Shown here piece after piece: positions 41,822 through 51,824 of a DNA stretch of 64,000 nucleotides. The notes below the pieces were generated by a model. It saw only the letters and a program-made list of their open reading frames with translations, searched no databases and was not told where the DNA came from. A program made the translations under genes and the position numbers. Position 1 is the first letter of the stretch; each line of letters begins with the position of its first letter. Source of the stretch: an uncultured delta proteobacterium (lineage in GTDB: Bacteria; Myxococcota; Kuafuiibacteriia; Kuafuiibacteriales; Kuafuiibacteriaceae); NCBI GenBank assembly GCA_963803435.1, contig CAWDML010000001.1, positions 1,856,001 to 1,920,000 of the forward strand, written 5' to 3'.

Positions 41822-44128
41822 ATGACGAAGCGCCGCCCCCGCCTCGCCGTGCTCTTGCTCCTCGCCTCCGGGTGCTCCGCGCCACCCGGAGGGTCCCCGC
41901 GCTCGCCCCTGTCCCCGGTGCCCTACGAGGTCCGACCGACCGCACCCGAGGCGGATCCGGCCCGACTCGAGCCGTCCGGCTGTACGATCGCCGCCGGCTA
42001 TCCCGCGCTGGGCGCCTACCTCGACGGCGATCGACTCGTCGTGCGCGCCCGCTCGACGCGCGCGACCCGGATCGAGGTCGAGCTGTATCGAGGCGCGCTG
42101 GACGAGCCGCCCGTGCTGCGGCGCGCCCTCCAGCGCGAGGGCGACGAGATCTTCTCGCAGTCCCTTCTCCTCGCCGAGATCCCCGGAGACGGCACGCTCT
42201 TCTACGGGCTGCGCGCCTTCGGGCCCAACTGGCCCTACGATCCCGCCTGGCAACCGGGCTCCATGGCCGGATTCGTGGCGCACGTCGACGACCGAGGCAA
42301 CCGCTTCAACCCCAACAAGTTGCTCCTCGATCCGTACGCCCTGGAGATGACCCACGATCCCCTCGGCCCACGGCTCCGCGACGGATCGATCTTCCGCTCC
42401 GGCCCCGACGCCGCGCGCGACTCGGGCCCCGTCGCGCCCAAGGGGATCGTGCTGGCGCGCCCGCCGCGCGCCTGTCACGAGAAGCCCGACCGGAGCTTCG
42501 CCGACGGGATCATCTACGAGGTCCACGTCCGCGGCCTCACGATGAACGATCCCTCCGTGCCGGAGGCCTGGCGCGGCACGTTCCGCGGTGCCGCGGAGAA
42601 GGCCGCCTATCTGGCCGAGCTGGGCGTCACCGCGATCGAGCTGATGCCGATCCAGGAGACGCAGAACGATCAGAACGATCTCGAAAACGGCACCAACGGC
42701 GACAACTACTGGGGCTACAGCTCGCTCAGCTTCTTCGCCCCGGATCGGCGCTACGCGTTCGACAAGAGCCCGGGAGGTCCCACGCGCGAGCTGCAGGAGA
42801 TGGTGCGCGCCTTTCACGCGGCGGACATCGAGGTGTATCTCGACGTCGTCTTCAACCACACCGGCGAAGGCGGCGGGGACGGTGATACGGCCTCGATCCT
42901 CTCGTTCCGCGGCCTGGACAACGCCGGCTACTACCTGCTCGCCGACGACGCTAGGCGGTACGCCGGCTACAACGGCGTGGGCCCGGACGTGGCCGGCGCG
43001 CACCCGATCGCGCGCGACCTGATCCTCGACGCGCTCAGGTATCTCACCGACGTGATCGGCGTCGACGGCTTCCGCTTCGATCTGGCGGCCGTTCTCGGCA
43101 ACGGCTGCGACCGGGCCTGCTTCCGCTGGGACGCCACCAATCCGCAAGGCATCCTGCGGCGGGCGGCCGAGGAGCTCCCCGGCACCGATCTCATCGCGGA
43201 GCCGTGGGGCATCGGCGGCGGGAGCTACCAGCAAGGCAACTTCCCCGCGGGGTGGGCCGAATGGGACGGCCGCTTCAAGGACACGGTGCGGTCGGCTCAG
43301 AACCAGCTCGGCGTCGCCCCGGTGACGCCGCGCGAGCTCGGCCGGCGGCTGCTCGGGTCGAGCGATCTCTTCGGCGATGACGGACGTTCGCCCGCCGCCG
43401 CGGTCAACTACCTCGACTCTCACGACGGCTTCACGCTGGCGGATCTGTACCGGTACGACGACAAGCAGAACGATCAACCCTGGCCGAACGGTCCCTCTCA
43501 GGGCGGCGACGACTACAACCGCTCTTGGGATCAGGGCGGCGATCCGTCGCGGCAGCGTCAGGCTGCCCGCACCGGTCTGGCGCTGCTCGCCCTGTCCGCG
43601 GGCGTCCCGATGATCGTGGGCGGCGACGAGATGCTGCGGACCCAGTACGGCAACAACAACCCGTACAACCTCGACAGCCCCACCACCTGGCTCGACTGGT
43701 CTCTCGCCGACACGAACGCCCGGTTCCTCACCTTCGCGCGGGCGCTGTTCCAGTTCCGGCGCGACCACCCGATGCTTCGCTCGCGGCGCTTCCCGGTGGC
43801 AGCGCAGCTCTTCACGGACGCGGGCGCTCCGGCCAGCGACGCCTACCTCGACGATCCGACGCGCCACTACCTCGCGGTCTGCTTCTCCGGCGGTGGTCCG
43901 GAGGAGCCCGCCGCCTCGATCTACGTGGCGTACAACGGCTGGTCCGAGACCCTCGCGGTGACCCTGCCCGCTCCCGAGCCCGGGATGCGCTGGCGCCGCG
44001 TCGGCGACACTGCGGCCTGGATGGAGCCCGACGACAACCTCAATCCCGCGGGCCGGGCCTACGTCACCGACGGCAGGCGCTACGATCTCGTCGGCCGCTC
44101 GCTGGTGTGGTTCGTCGAAGAACCCTGA
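41822..44128 (+). CDS. GH13 isoamylase / glycogen debranching enzyme with a lipoprotein signal
   Basis: LLDPYA, IYEVHVRG, NYWGYS..FFAP, DVVFNHT, DGFRFDLA, IAEPW, HDGFTL; N-terminal LASGC lipobox. Confidence 0.92.
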   Translation: MTKRRPRLAVLLLLASGCSAPPGGSPRSPLSPVPYEVRPTAPEADPARLEPSGCTIAAGYPALGAYLDGDRLVVRARSTRATRIEVELYRGALDEPPVLRRALQREGDEIFSQSLLLAEIPGDGTLFYGLRAFGPNWPYDPAWQPGSMAGFVAHVDDRGNRFNPNKLLLDPYALEMTHDPLGPRLRDGSIFRSGPDAARDSGPVAPKGIVLARPPRACHEKPDRSFADGIIYEVHVRGLTMNDPSVPEAWRGTFRGAAEKAAYLAELGVTAIELMPIQETQNDQNDLENGTNGDNYWGYSSLSFFAPDRRYAFDKSPGGPTRELQEMVRAFHAADIEVYLDVVFNHTGEGGGDGDTASILSFRGLDNAGYYLLADDARRYAGYNGVGPDVAGAHPIARDLILDALRYLTDVIGVDGFRFDLAAVLGNGCDRACFRWDATNPQGILRRAAEELPGTDLIAEPWGIGGGSYQQGNFPAGWAEWDGRFKDTVRSAQNQLGVAPVTPRELGRRLLGSSDLFGDDGRSPAAAVNYLDSHDGFTLADLYRYDDKQNDQPWPNGPSQGGDDYNRSWDQGGDPSRQRQAARTGLALLALSAGVPMIVGGDEMLRTQYGNNNPYNLDSPTTWLDWSLADTNARFLTFARALFQFRRDHPMLRSRRFPVAAQLFTDAGAPASDAYLDDPTRHYLAVCFSGGGPEEPAASIYVAYNGWSETLAVTLPAPEPGMRWRRVGDTAAWMEPDDNLNPAGRAYVTDGRRYDLVGRSLVWFVEEP

Positions 44129-44193
44129 GCTCGAGTCTACATCGGTCGGCGGAAGGAGCGCGGCGCGCCCGCCTCCTGCGTTACGCCAGAGGA

Positions 44194-45130
44194 GTGGGAC
44201 GGCGCGGCGAGGAAGCGATCGACGTCTTCGGCGAGGCGCGCCCCGGCCGCACGCCGGCGGCCCGAGCGGTTACGTTCGCCGAGGCCACCACGCCAATCGA
44301 CGCGCCCGGACCGCCGATGGGGATCCGCCTCCTCGCCCTGGCGTCGACCGAGACCTCGCTCTGGACGAGCCCCGTCGGGAGCGTGCTGCTCTCGATGCAG
44401 CAGCGGGTGGTCGAGGTCGCCGCCGCCGGGCGGCCACTCCTGCTCGATCCGTCGAGCTGGCTGGTGCTCCCCGCCGGGGCCCGGGTCTCGGCGAGCGCGC
44501 GCGGCGCCGCGGCCAGCCTGCTGGTGCTCTCGGTGCACCCCGAGCTGGTGGAGCAAGCGGTCGAGATCTATGCGCCCGCGATCGAGGCGACGCGCCTCGA
44601 GGCCGCGCTCGCCGAACCCCATCTGTTGCCTCGCACCACCTGGGTGCACGAGAATCTGCCACCGGTACCTCTTCGAGCGAGCGGTCTGCCGGAAGCACGA
44701 GAGCCTGGCGGCGCGCTTCCTCGAGCTCGAGATCGTGAAGGAGGTCTACTTCCACTGCCGGGACCGCGACGCGGAGCTCGAGCGCGACTCGCGCGTTCAC
44801 AGCCGGCCGCCGATGGTCGAGCGGGCAATCGCACGCATCGAGGCGGGCCTGTTCGAGCCGATGTCGATGCCCGCGCTCGCCGAGGCCTGCGGGACCAGCA
44901 CGTCCACGCTCCTGCGCGCGTTCAAGCGCGCGCTCGGGACCTCGCCCTCGGCCTATCACCGCCAGCGACGGCTCGAGGAGTCGATGATGCTGCTCAAGTC
45001 GAAGCGCTACTCGGTCAGCGAGGTGGCGGCGATGGTCGGCTACGACAACATCGCGTCCTTCTCCCACGCGTTTCGCCGCGAGTTCGATCGGAGCCCCTCC
45101 GAGGTCCGCGACCACGACCTCGCGCGCTGA
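44194..45130 (+). CDS. AraC-family transcriptional regulator, +1 frameshift at about 44653 (GAATC)
   Basis: C-terminal double HTH (STLLRAFKRALGTSP...VSEVAAMVGY...FSHAFRREFDRSP); the N-terminal part lies in the preceding frame. Start uncertain. Confidence 0.8.
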
Positions 45131-45136
45131 GCCCCC

Positions 45137-47248
45137 TCAGAAGACGACCAGGCCCAGGTCGCCCGACGTCTTGAGGCCGAGCGTGGTGTCGTAGGCGACG
45201 CCGGCCTGCCGATCCGCGCCCGGCTCGAGCCGGTGGAGCACGTACGCCTCCAAGCCAGCGGTCACCGCCAGCACCGACGTGATCGGAAGGTCGACGTCGA
45301 GGCGACCGCGCAGCGCGTTGTCGCGGACCACGCCGGTCAGCTCGAGCGCGTGATCGATCCGCAGCGTGACCAGCGCCGGTGCGCCGTTGTCGGTGGGAAA
45401 ATCGAGGCGCAGCATCTCCAGCGTGGTCAGCAGCGCGAGCTTCGTCTGTGCCACCTCCGCCTCCGACGGATCCGGCGAGTCGCTCCTCGCCAGCAGCTCG
45501 CGCCGAACGCCGAGCTGGACGCGCAGGCTGATCCGATCCGTCAGGGGCCACGAGGGCCCCGCGCCGCCCGTGAGCAACGCCCGCCGGAAGCTGCGCTCGT
45601 CCGGCTTGGTCAGCTCGGTCTCGATCCCGACCGCAGCGCTCGCATCCGGGATCCAGAACGCGTGGCCGCGGGCGGCGAAGCGGCCCAGGTAGCTGAGCTC
45701 GCCGATGGTCAGATCGTCATTCTCGAGCGCCCGGTCCGTCCCGTCCTTCGCGATGCCGTAGCGGCTCCGTCCGAGCAGCTCCACCTTGTGGCGCTCGAAG
45801 TCGGCGTAGAGGCGAAGCTCCGCGAGCGCGCCCACGCCCAGGAACGCGTTCCTCGCCAGCTGGGGCTCCGCGTAGCGCGCGTTGTTCTGCACCGTCACCG
45901 TCTTCACGTTGCCGGCGATGGTCAGCGTCGCTCCCAGCAGCGCGGGAGGCTCCGAGACGATCGAGGCGCCGTGCTCCGCGAGGTGCTGGACCACGCGCTC
46001 GCGGAGCGTGCCGCCGTCGAGCGGCGCGAAGCCGAGGCCCGCCGGCAGCAGCGCGTCGCCACCCATCGCGACGAAGTCGACCGTCACCACCCGATAGCGA
46101 CGCGTGGGATCGACGTCGCGGCCGACCACCTTCTTGGCGTCCAGGCCCAGAACCGCCGCAGCCTCGTTCGAGAGCAGCGGGACCAGCTTCGCGAGATCGC
46201 TCCCGCGGATGAACGTGGTCTTCAGGCCGTCGTCCACACGGATCGCCCGCATCAAGGCCAACCGGGTCACCGCGTCGTGCAGCGGAAAGCTGCCGCCGAA
46301 GGCACCGGTGTTGACGATCGCGATCTCCGCCTGCGCATCGCGGCGCATCACCTCGAGGACGTACTGGATGAACGCGTCCCGCTCGAGCGGGGCGTCGAGG
46401 GGCGCCAGGCGCTGGCCGAGCTCGCTGCAGTTCGATCGGCGCAGCGCTTCCAGGCGGGCGTCGGCCTGCGGGGCGGGAGCGCTGCGCTCGATCGCGACCA
46501 CGCGCGGGCCGCCCGCAGTCAGCGCCACCTCGACGATCGCAGCCCCCTGGCCCGGCGCGGGCACCACCGAGAGGTCGCCGACCGACAGCGACCGCACGTC
46601 CCCGGCCATTCCGCTGGTGAACAGCAGGTCCGGGCGATCCGCGCCCAGCGCCTCGACGAGCCGCACCACCTCGGTCGTCCCGCGCTTCGGCGTCACGTGG
46701 ACGAGCGCCACGACGATGCGCGCGCCGGCCTCCCGCAACCTCCGGATCGAAGCGACCAGCGCCGGCGCCGCCTCGACGCGCTGCTCGTCGTGCGTGAGAT
46801 GGGACAGATGAACGCCGAGGTCGTCGTGGATGGCGCCGGTGATCCCGATCTTCACGCCTGCGCGCTCGATCATCCGCTCCGGAAGCGTGGGAAAGCGGGG
46901 AGAGAGATTCGTGATGATCCAGGGCAGGCGCGCCTCGTTCGTGAGCGCACCGAGGACGTCGCGATCGATCGACAGCTCGAAGTTGCCCGGAAGGATCGCG
47001 TCGAGCGATCCTGCGAGCACCTCGCTCAGCGCCCGCCGGCCGGCGGCGCCCTGCTCCACGGCGAACCTCGCCTCCGGTCCGGGACCCAGGAGATCGCCCG
47101 CGGACAGCATCACGGCGTCGGACGACGGCGGAGCTGCCAGCATCGGCTCGATCGTCTCGCGATCGCACTCGCCTCGATACAGGCGTCCTTGCAGATCGGC
47201 TTGCAGGACGAAGGGAACGATCAACGCCGCGGTCGAGGTGGCGATCAA
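45137..47248 (-). CDS. 5'-nucleotidase-like protein (degenerate metallophosphoesterase plus 5'NT C-domain) fused to a putative beta-barrel
   Basis: SAGDLL, PGNFE, GVKIGITG, AEIAIVNTG, YRVVTVDFVAMGGD; amphipathic C-terminus ending in F. Confidence 0.7.
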   Translation of the reverse strand: MIATSTAALIVPFVLQADLQGRLYRGECDRETIEPMLAAPPSSDAVMLSAGDLLGPGPEARFAVEQGAAGRRALSEVLAGSLDAILPGNFELSIDRDVLGALTNEARLPWIITNLSPRFPTLPERMIERAGVKIGITGAIHDDLGVHLSHLTHDEQRVEAAPALVASIRRLREAGARIVVALVHVTPKRGTTEVVRLVEALGADRPDLLFTSGMAGDVRSLSVGDLSVVPAPGQGAAIVEVALTAGGPRVVAIERSAPAPQADARLEALRRSNCSELGQRLAPLDAPLERDAFIQYVLEVMRRDAQAEIAIVNTGAFGGSFPLHDAVTRLALMRAIRVDDGLKTTFIRGSDLAKLVPLLSNEAAAVLGLDAKKVVGRDVDPTRRYRVVTVDFVAMGGDALLPAGLGFAPLDGGTLRERVVQHLAEHGASIVSEPPALLGATLTIAGNVKTVTVQNNARYAEPQLARNAFLGVGALAELRLYADFERHKVELLGRSRYGIAKDGTDRALENDDLTIGELSYLGRFAARGHAFWIPDASAAVGIETELTKPDERSFRRALLTGGAGPSWPLTDRISLRVQLGVRRELLARSDSPDPSEAEVAQTKLALLTTLEMLRLDFPTDNGAPALVTLRIDHALELTGVVRDNALRGRLDVDLPITSVLAVTAGLEAYVLHRLEPGADRQAGVAYDTTLGLKTSGDLGLVVF

Positions 47249-47260
47249 GCTTGGAGCTTC

Positions 47261-47479
47261 TTACCGAACGATCGACTCGGTGTCAGTCTCTGTCTTGATC
47301 GCACGTGGAGAGAATCGGCCGGTGTCGGGCCACGCCATCGTCTGCTCGGCCCCATACTCGCCGCACGCGTTGTTCCGAGATCGAAGCGCAGCCGGAATCC
47401 GAGCGCCGTCGAAGCCGCACTGCGCGGAGTCGATCAGGCCCTCGACGCTCTCTGCCGATGCGCCGATCCACTGCGTCAC
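47261..47479 (-). CDS. Small hypothetical protein
   Basis: 72-aa ORF following the 47486 ORF; weak support. Confidence 0.3.
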   Translation of the reverse strand: MTQWIGASAESVEGLIDSAQCGFDGARIPAALRSRNNACGEYGAEQTMAWPDTGRFSPRAIKTETDTESIVR

Positions 47480-47485
47480 GTGAGG

Positions 47486-47722
47486 CTACGTGAGCAACAT
47501 CCACTTGAAGCTTTTGCCGACACGCTGGGGATTCTCGCGTGCGATCGCGGTGATGTCCTCTACGTCCTCGATGACGTCGAGATGCGCGCCCGCCTGGTAG
47601 GCGTCGTCGGTCTCTCCGTTGAGGTACTCGATCGTGAGGAGACCTCGATGCGCGGCGCGAACGATCGCGGGACCGTGGGCGGTGCGAAACCACAAGCCGA
47701 TTCGAGGGTCGCGGTGGACCAT
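47486..47722 (-). CDS. Small hypothetical protein
   Basis: 78-aa ORF with natural-looking composition. Confidence 0.45.
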   Translation of the reverse strand: MVHRDPRIGLWFRTAHGPAIVRAAHRGLLTIEYLNGETDDAYQAGAHLDVIEDVEDITAIARENPQRVGKSFKWMLLT

Positions 47723-47854
47723 GCACGGAGCGTATTCGCCCGAGGGGCTGGAGGCTACTACGGCCGCCCCTGACACGTGTTACGCCGGAACCGCCGGAGC
47801 CACGGCCGCACTTGATCGCTACGCCGTTGGGGTCGGCCGGGGTAGGATGGATCG

Positions 47855-48298
47855 ATGGAGCTCAGCGAACGTATCCAGTTCTGGACGGACCTGGCCGACG
47901 GCCGAACGCCGCTTCGCGACCTGCTCGGTCTGTCGGAAGACGGTGTCCAGCAAGCGGTGAGCCTGGCGCGCACGGCGTTCGAGAGCGGCCGCTTCGATCA
48001 CGCGAGCGCAATCTTCCGGGGCCTGGAGGCGCTCGAGCCCGATCATCCCGAGCACGCGCTCCATCGAGGCTATGCGGAGCTCAAGGCCGGGCGAGTCGAG
48101 GTGGCTCGCGCCTGCGTCGATCGCTTCCTCGCTCACCCAGCGGTCGGCCCTGCCGAACGGGTCCGCGGCCTCATGTTTCGGGCCTCGCTGGTGGCGGGCC
48201 AGGATCGCGAGACCGCCCGGCTCGACCTCGAAGAAGCGCACCGGCTGGGCCAGCAGGACGAGGCGGCGATGCAGGTGCTCGAAGGAGCGGGACGATGA
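47855..48298 (+). CDS. SycD/LcrH-like TPR chaperone
   Basis: DGRTPLRDLLGLSEDGV...ARTAFESGRFDHASAIFRGLEALEP resembles class II T3SS chaperones; about 150 aa. Confidence 0.6.
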   Translation: MELSERIQFWTDLADGRTPLRDLLGLSEDGVQQAVSLARTAFESGRFDHASAIFRGLEALEPDHPEHALHRGYAELKAGRVEVARACVDRFLAHPAVGPAERVRGLMFRASLVAGQDRETARLDLEEAHRLGQQDEAAMQVLEGAGR

Positions 48299-50193
48299 GC
48301 CTCAAGGGACCCGATCCGCTGAAGAGCCCGCTGGTCGGCGGCGGCCAGGCCGATCTCACGGGCACGGTGTCGAACGCGCTGGCAGAACGGGCCCAGGCGC
48401 TGGCGCAGCTGCGGCCGGTCTCGGATGAGGCCGCGCGACAGTTCGCCGACACCATCCTTCCGGCCATCAGGGCCGACCAGACCGACGGCCTCTTCGGCGC
48501 GGCCTTTTTGGTCCCGCCCTTCGGCTGGATCGATCGAATGCACGGGCGCTCGAAGCGGGGCGCCCTCCCGGGCAAATCGACGGCCAATCAGCTCACCACC
48601 GGCTTCAAGCAGCTCTACGCCCAGGCGAGCCACCAGCTCCACCGGGCGCTCGAGCGCCTCCAGGATCGAAGCGCCGGCGTAGATGGCGTCCTCATCAAGG
48701 AGCAAGAGCTCGTGCCGATCCAGAAGGCACTGGTGCGGATCGACGAGGTCCTCCAGCTGAAGGACCGCCTCACGATGCTCGGCCAGCGATCCGAGATCAA
48801 CCAAGCGCTGCGCGAGCTCGAGGGGCTGGCGAAGGACGTCCGCGCGTCCCTGGCTCCGCTCGTCCAGGCCGTGGAGGTCCGCGATCGGCTGGCGCTCGGC
48901 GACAAGATGAAGCATCTCGGCCAGGAGGACGATCACCCGCCCGTGGATCTGGCGGCCCTCCGGCGGGCGAACACGGCGCCGGCGGCGTTCGAGCGCTACC
49001 AGCCGGGGGACGTCCTGATCATCGGCCTCGACGAGCACAAGCGCCCGATATTCGGAGCCATGCTGGACGCGGTCGAGACGAAGGACGGTCCGGTCGCCCG
49101 CGTTCTGACCCTGGTCGGCGATCAGATCGAGATGCGGTTCGTCCCGAAGGCGCGCGTCGAGGAGCTCAACGCGTTCAAGCTCAACGACAACTACGAGGTC
49201 GACGGCGCTCGCTTTTGGGTTGCGCCCGATCGAGAGAAGGGCGTTCGATTGGTGCGCTTCGATCCAGCGCAGCCCGGTAGAGCTCCCGTCGAGATCGCGC
49301 CCGGGGAGCTGGCGCAGAAGCTCGGGGCTCCCTTGGCGGTACCCGATGCCACGCAGGCGACCGCCCCCACGCCCACCGTCATCCAGGCGGTCCACGGCCA
49401 CGAGACACCGAAGATCATGCTGACGTCCAACGAGGTCTTCGACGGCGCGGCCTGGTCCACGGGACACCAAGGCAGGAACGACGACGCCCTTCGGGTGGGC
49501 AAGGTGGGCGGCGCCTTCGCGGCGCTGATCGCGGATCAGGTGGGCGCGTCGGAGCGCCCGGCCGAGGTGAGCACGGCGATCATCGACGGCATCTGGGGTC
49601 AGATGGAGCACAATCAGGTCGGCGGCCCCGGCGAGCTCATGGAGCGAGGCGCACGCGCGGGCGCGCGGGCTCTCTCCGCCGGCCTCGACGCCACCACCTC
49701 CCTCACCGCAGCGATGTTCGAGCCTACCAAGGAGGGCACCCAGCTGGAGGTCGGGCACGCCGGCAACACGCAGCTGATGGTGATCCGCAGGGGCTCGGTG
49801 CTGTTCAAGAGCGAGCCGCACGTGACGAACACGGGGGTCACGGCCAGCGTGCAGGACGCCAACAATCCCCGACGAACGATCGGGCGCTCGAGCGCACCAG
49901 AGCCGCTGTTCGAGCACCACACCGTCGAGCTGCAGCCGGGCGACGTCGTCCTCATGTTCACGAACGGCGTCCGCAACATGAACCTCCTGGAGCAGTCGCA
50001 TCACGCGGACGAGATGGCCCAGCCCCACACGGAGTTCACGCCCTTTCAGCTCGCGGAGGAGATCCGAGGCAAGGCAACGCCCTCCGAGATGGTGGCCGCG
50101 ATTCGAGATCTGGCCACCGCCCGCGCCCGGTCGGGCTCCGGCAAGCCCGCCGATCTCAGCATCGTCGCGCTGACGATCAAGGGCTCCGATTAG
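48295..50193 (+). CDS. Large protein with a helical N-terminus and a degenerate C-terminal PP2C-like domain (candidate effector)
   Basis: RNDD, IADQVG, GHAGNTQ, LQPGDVVLMFTNG, DLSIV follow PP2C motif order. ATGA overlap with the chaperone stop. Confidence 0.7.
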   Translation: MSLKGPDPLKSPLVGGGQADLTGTVSNALAERAQALAQLRPVSDEAARQFADTILPAIRADQTDGLFGAAFLVPPFGWIDRMHGRSKRGALPGKSTANQLTTGFKQLYAQASHQLHRALERLQDRSAGVDGVLIKEQELVPIQKALVRIDEVLQLKDRLTMLGQRSEINQALRELEGLAKDVRASLAPLVQAVEVRDRLALGDKMKHLGQEDDHPPVDLAALRRANTAPAAFERYQPGDVLIIGLDEHKRPIFGAMLDAVETKDGPVARVLTLVGDQIEMRFVPKARVEELNAFKLNDNYEVDGARFWVAPDREKGVRLVRFDPAQPGRAPVEIAPGELAQKLGAPLAVPDATQATAPTPTVIQAVHGHETPKIMLTSNEVFDGAAWSTGHQGRNDDALRVGKVGGAFAALIADQVGASERPAEVSTAIIDGIWGQMEHNQVGGPGELMERGARAGARALSAGLDATTSLTAAMFEPTKEGTQLEVGHAGNTQLMVIRRGSVLFKSEPHVTNTGVTASVQDANNPRRTIGRSSAPEPLFEHHTVELQPGDVVLMFTNGVRNMNLLEQSHHADEMAQPHTEFTPFQLAEEIRGKATPSEMVAAIRDLATARARSGSGKPADLSIVALTIKGSD

Positions 50194-51824
50194 GGGGACT
50201 CGGCGCCAGCACCGTCCAGATCGGGACGCCGTCGATCACCTTCTCCTCCTTCACGATCCATCCGCGATGGCGGAACAGATCGTCCCCGTACCGCGCGAAG
50301 CGGCGCTCGTGCGTGAGGACGATCCACTGGGCCTGAGCCTCGCTCTGCACCACGTGGAGGTCGGGGCGGACACGGCCGTCCTTCTGGTACCAGCGGAACG
50401 TCCGCACGTACTCCCAGTTGTTGGGCAGGAAATGGATCCGCGCGTTCTTGGGCGCGTTCTCGTCGAGCCAGGCGACCAGGTCTCGGAAAGCGACGTCGTA
50501 GTACTGGCGCTCGAACCCGAGCGCGGTGGCGCCGCGGAGTCCTCCGGTGAGGCCGTTGTACTCCGACAGCGCGTAGCTGCCGAAGCGGAGCTGGAGCGCG
50601 AGGGACGAGGTGAGCGCCAGACCGATCGTACCAGCCGGGTACCACTTGTTGCCGAGGCGATCCTCGGCCCACTCGAAGAGGCGGACCGCGCCGAAGCCCG
50701 CCAGCAGGCACCAGAAGGGGAAGAAGGGCATGAACAGCTTGGCGCCGCCGTACTTGGGGCCGCCCGACAGCGCCACCAGCAGGATCGAATCCGGCGGCGT
50801 GAAGGCCGGCGGTGAGCAGGAGATCGCCCTGGCGGCGGAAGTCGTCGTCGGGCCCCTCGGGGAAGCGGAGGCGCACGCGCACGATGGGCCAGGCGAACGC
50901 GAGGCCGAAGAGCGCGAGGACCGAGGTCGCGACCGGCGTGGTGATCGCCGCCATGACGAAGGGCGCGTGCCAGGGCGCGAACGGATCCTTGGAGAAGATG
51001 CGGCCGAAGTAGAGAAAGTAGATCCCGTAGTGGTTGAGGTGGAAGCTCGCGTAGTCGGTCACGCGCTGCGCGGTGTCGACCCAGAGCCATGGCCAGACCG
51101 CAACGAAGACGAGCGGTCCGATCATCAGCATCGACAGCAGCGCCAGCGGGAGGCCGGGCACCTGGAAGCTCCCGGGGCGGCGCGTGCGGCTGCGGCGGAC
51201 CAGCAGCACGAAGATCGCGTAGGGAAGCAGCAGGAAGGGTGCGTTCAGCTTCGTCGCCGAGGCCAGCCCGAACACCGGACCCGCCAGCAGCGCGGCGGTG
51301 GTCGAGCGCTCACCCCTGAGCGCCAGGGCGGCGGCCGCCAGGTACATCGCGGCCACCGGGACGTCGAGCGTCGCCGCGTGCGAGTGGAAGTAGAAGCGGG
51401 GCAACATCGCCAGGAACGCTGTCGAGAGGCCGCCGATCAGGAGCCCACGCCGCCGGCCGAGGTGCGCCACGGCCAGCCACAGCAGGAGCGCCGCTGCCAG
51501 CGTCGAGAAGAGCACCGTACCCACGCGACCACCGTCGTACGGTCCGAACACCCGCCCGAACACGGCCTCGCAGATCCCGAAGACGTACTTCGCAAACGGT
51601 GGGTGCTCGTGATTGATCCCGAACGCGCTGTCGATCGCCGGCTTGGTGAACGCACCCCCGTCGAGCCGCACGGCGCGACCGAGCCAGGCCGCGTAGGACA
51701 TCCCGGCCGGCAGATAGAAGTCGTCGTCGTCGGTCAGCCCCTCCGCGCGCAGGCCGGCGAGCTGCACCACCAGGTAGAGCACGACGATCGCGCCTGCGAT
51801 CCAGAGTGTGCGCCGTCTGGTCAC
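50177..51824 (-). CDS. ArnT/PMT-like (GT39/GT83) membrane glycosyltransferase, +1 frameshift at about 50788 (GAATC)
   Basis: TDDDDFY, EHPPFAK, HAATLD, ATKLNA, VWPWLW, many TM helices; the C-terminus continues in the 50177-50776 frame. Confidence 0.8.
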
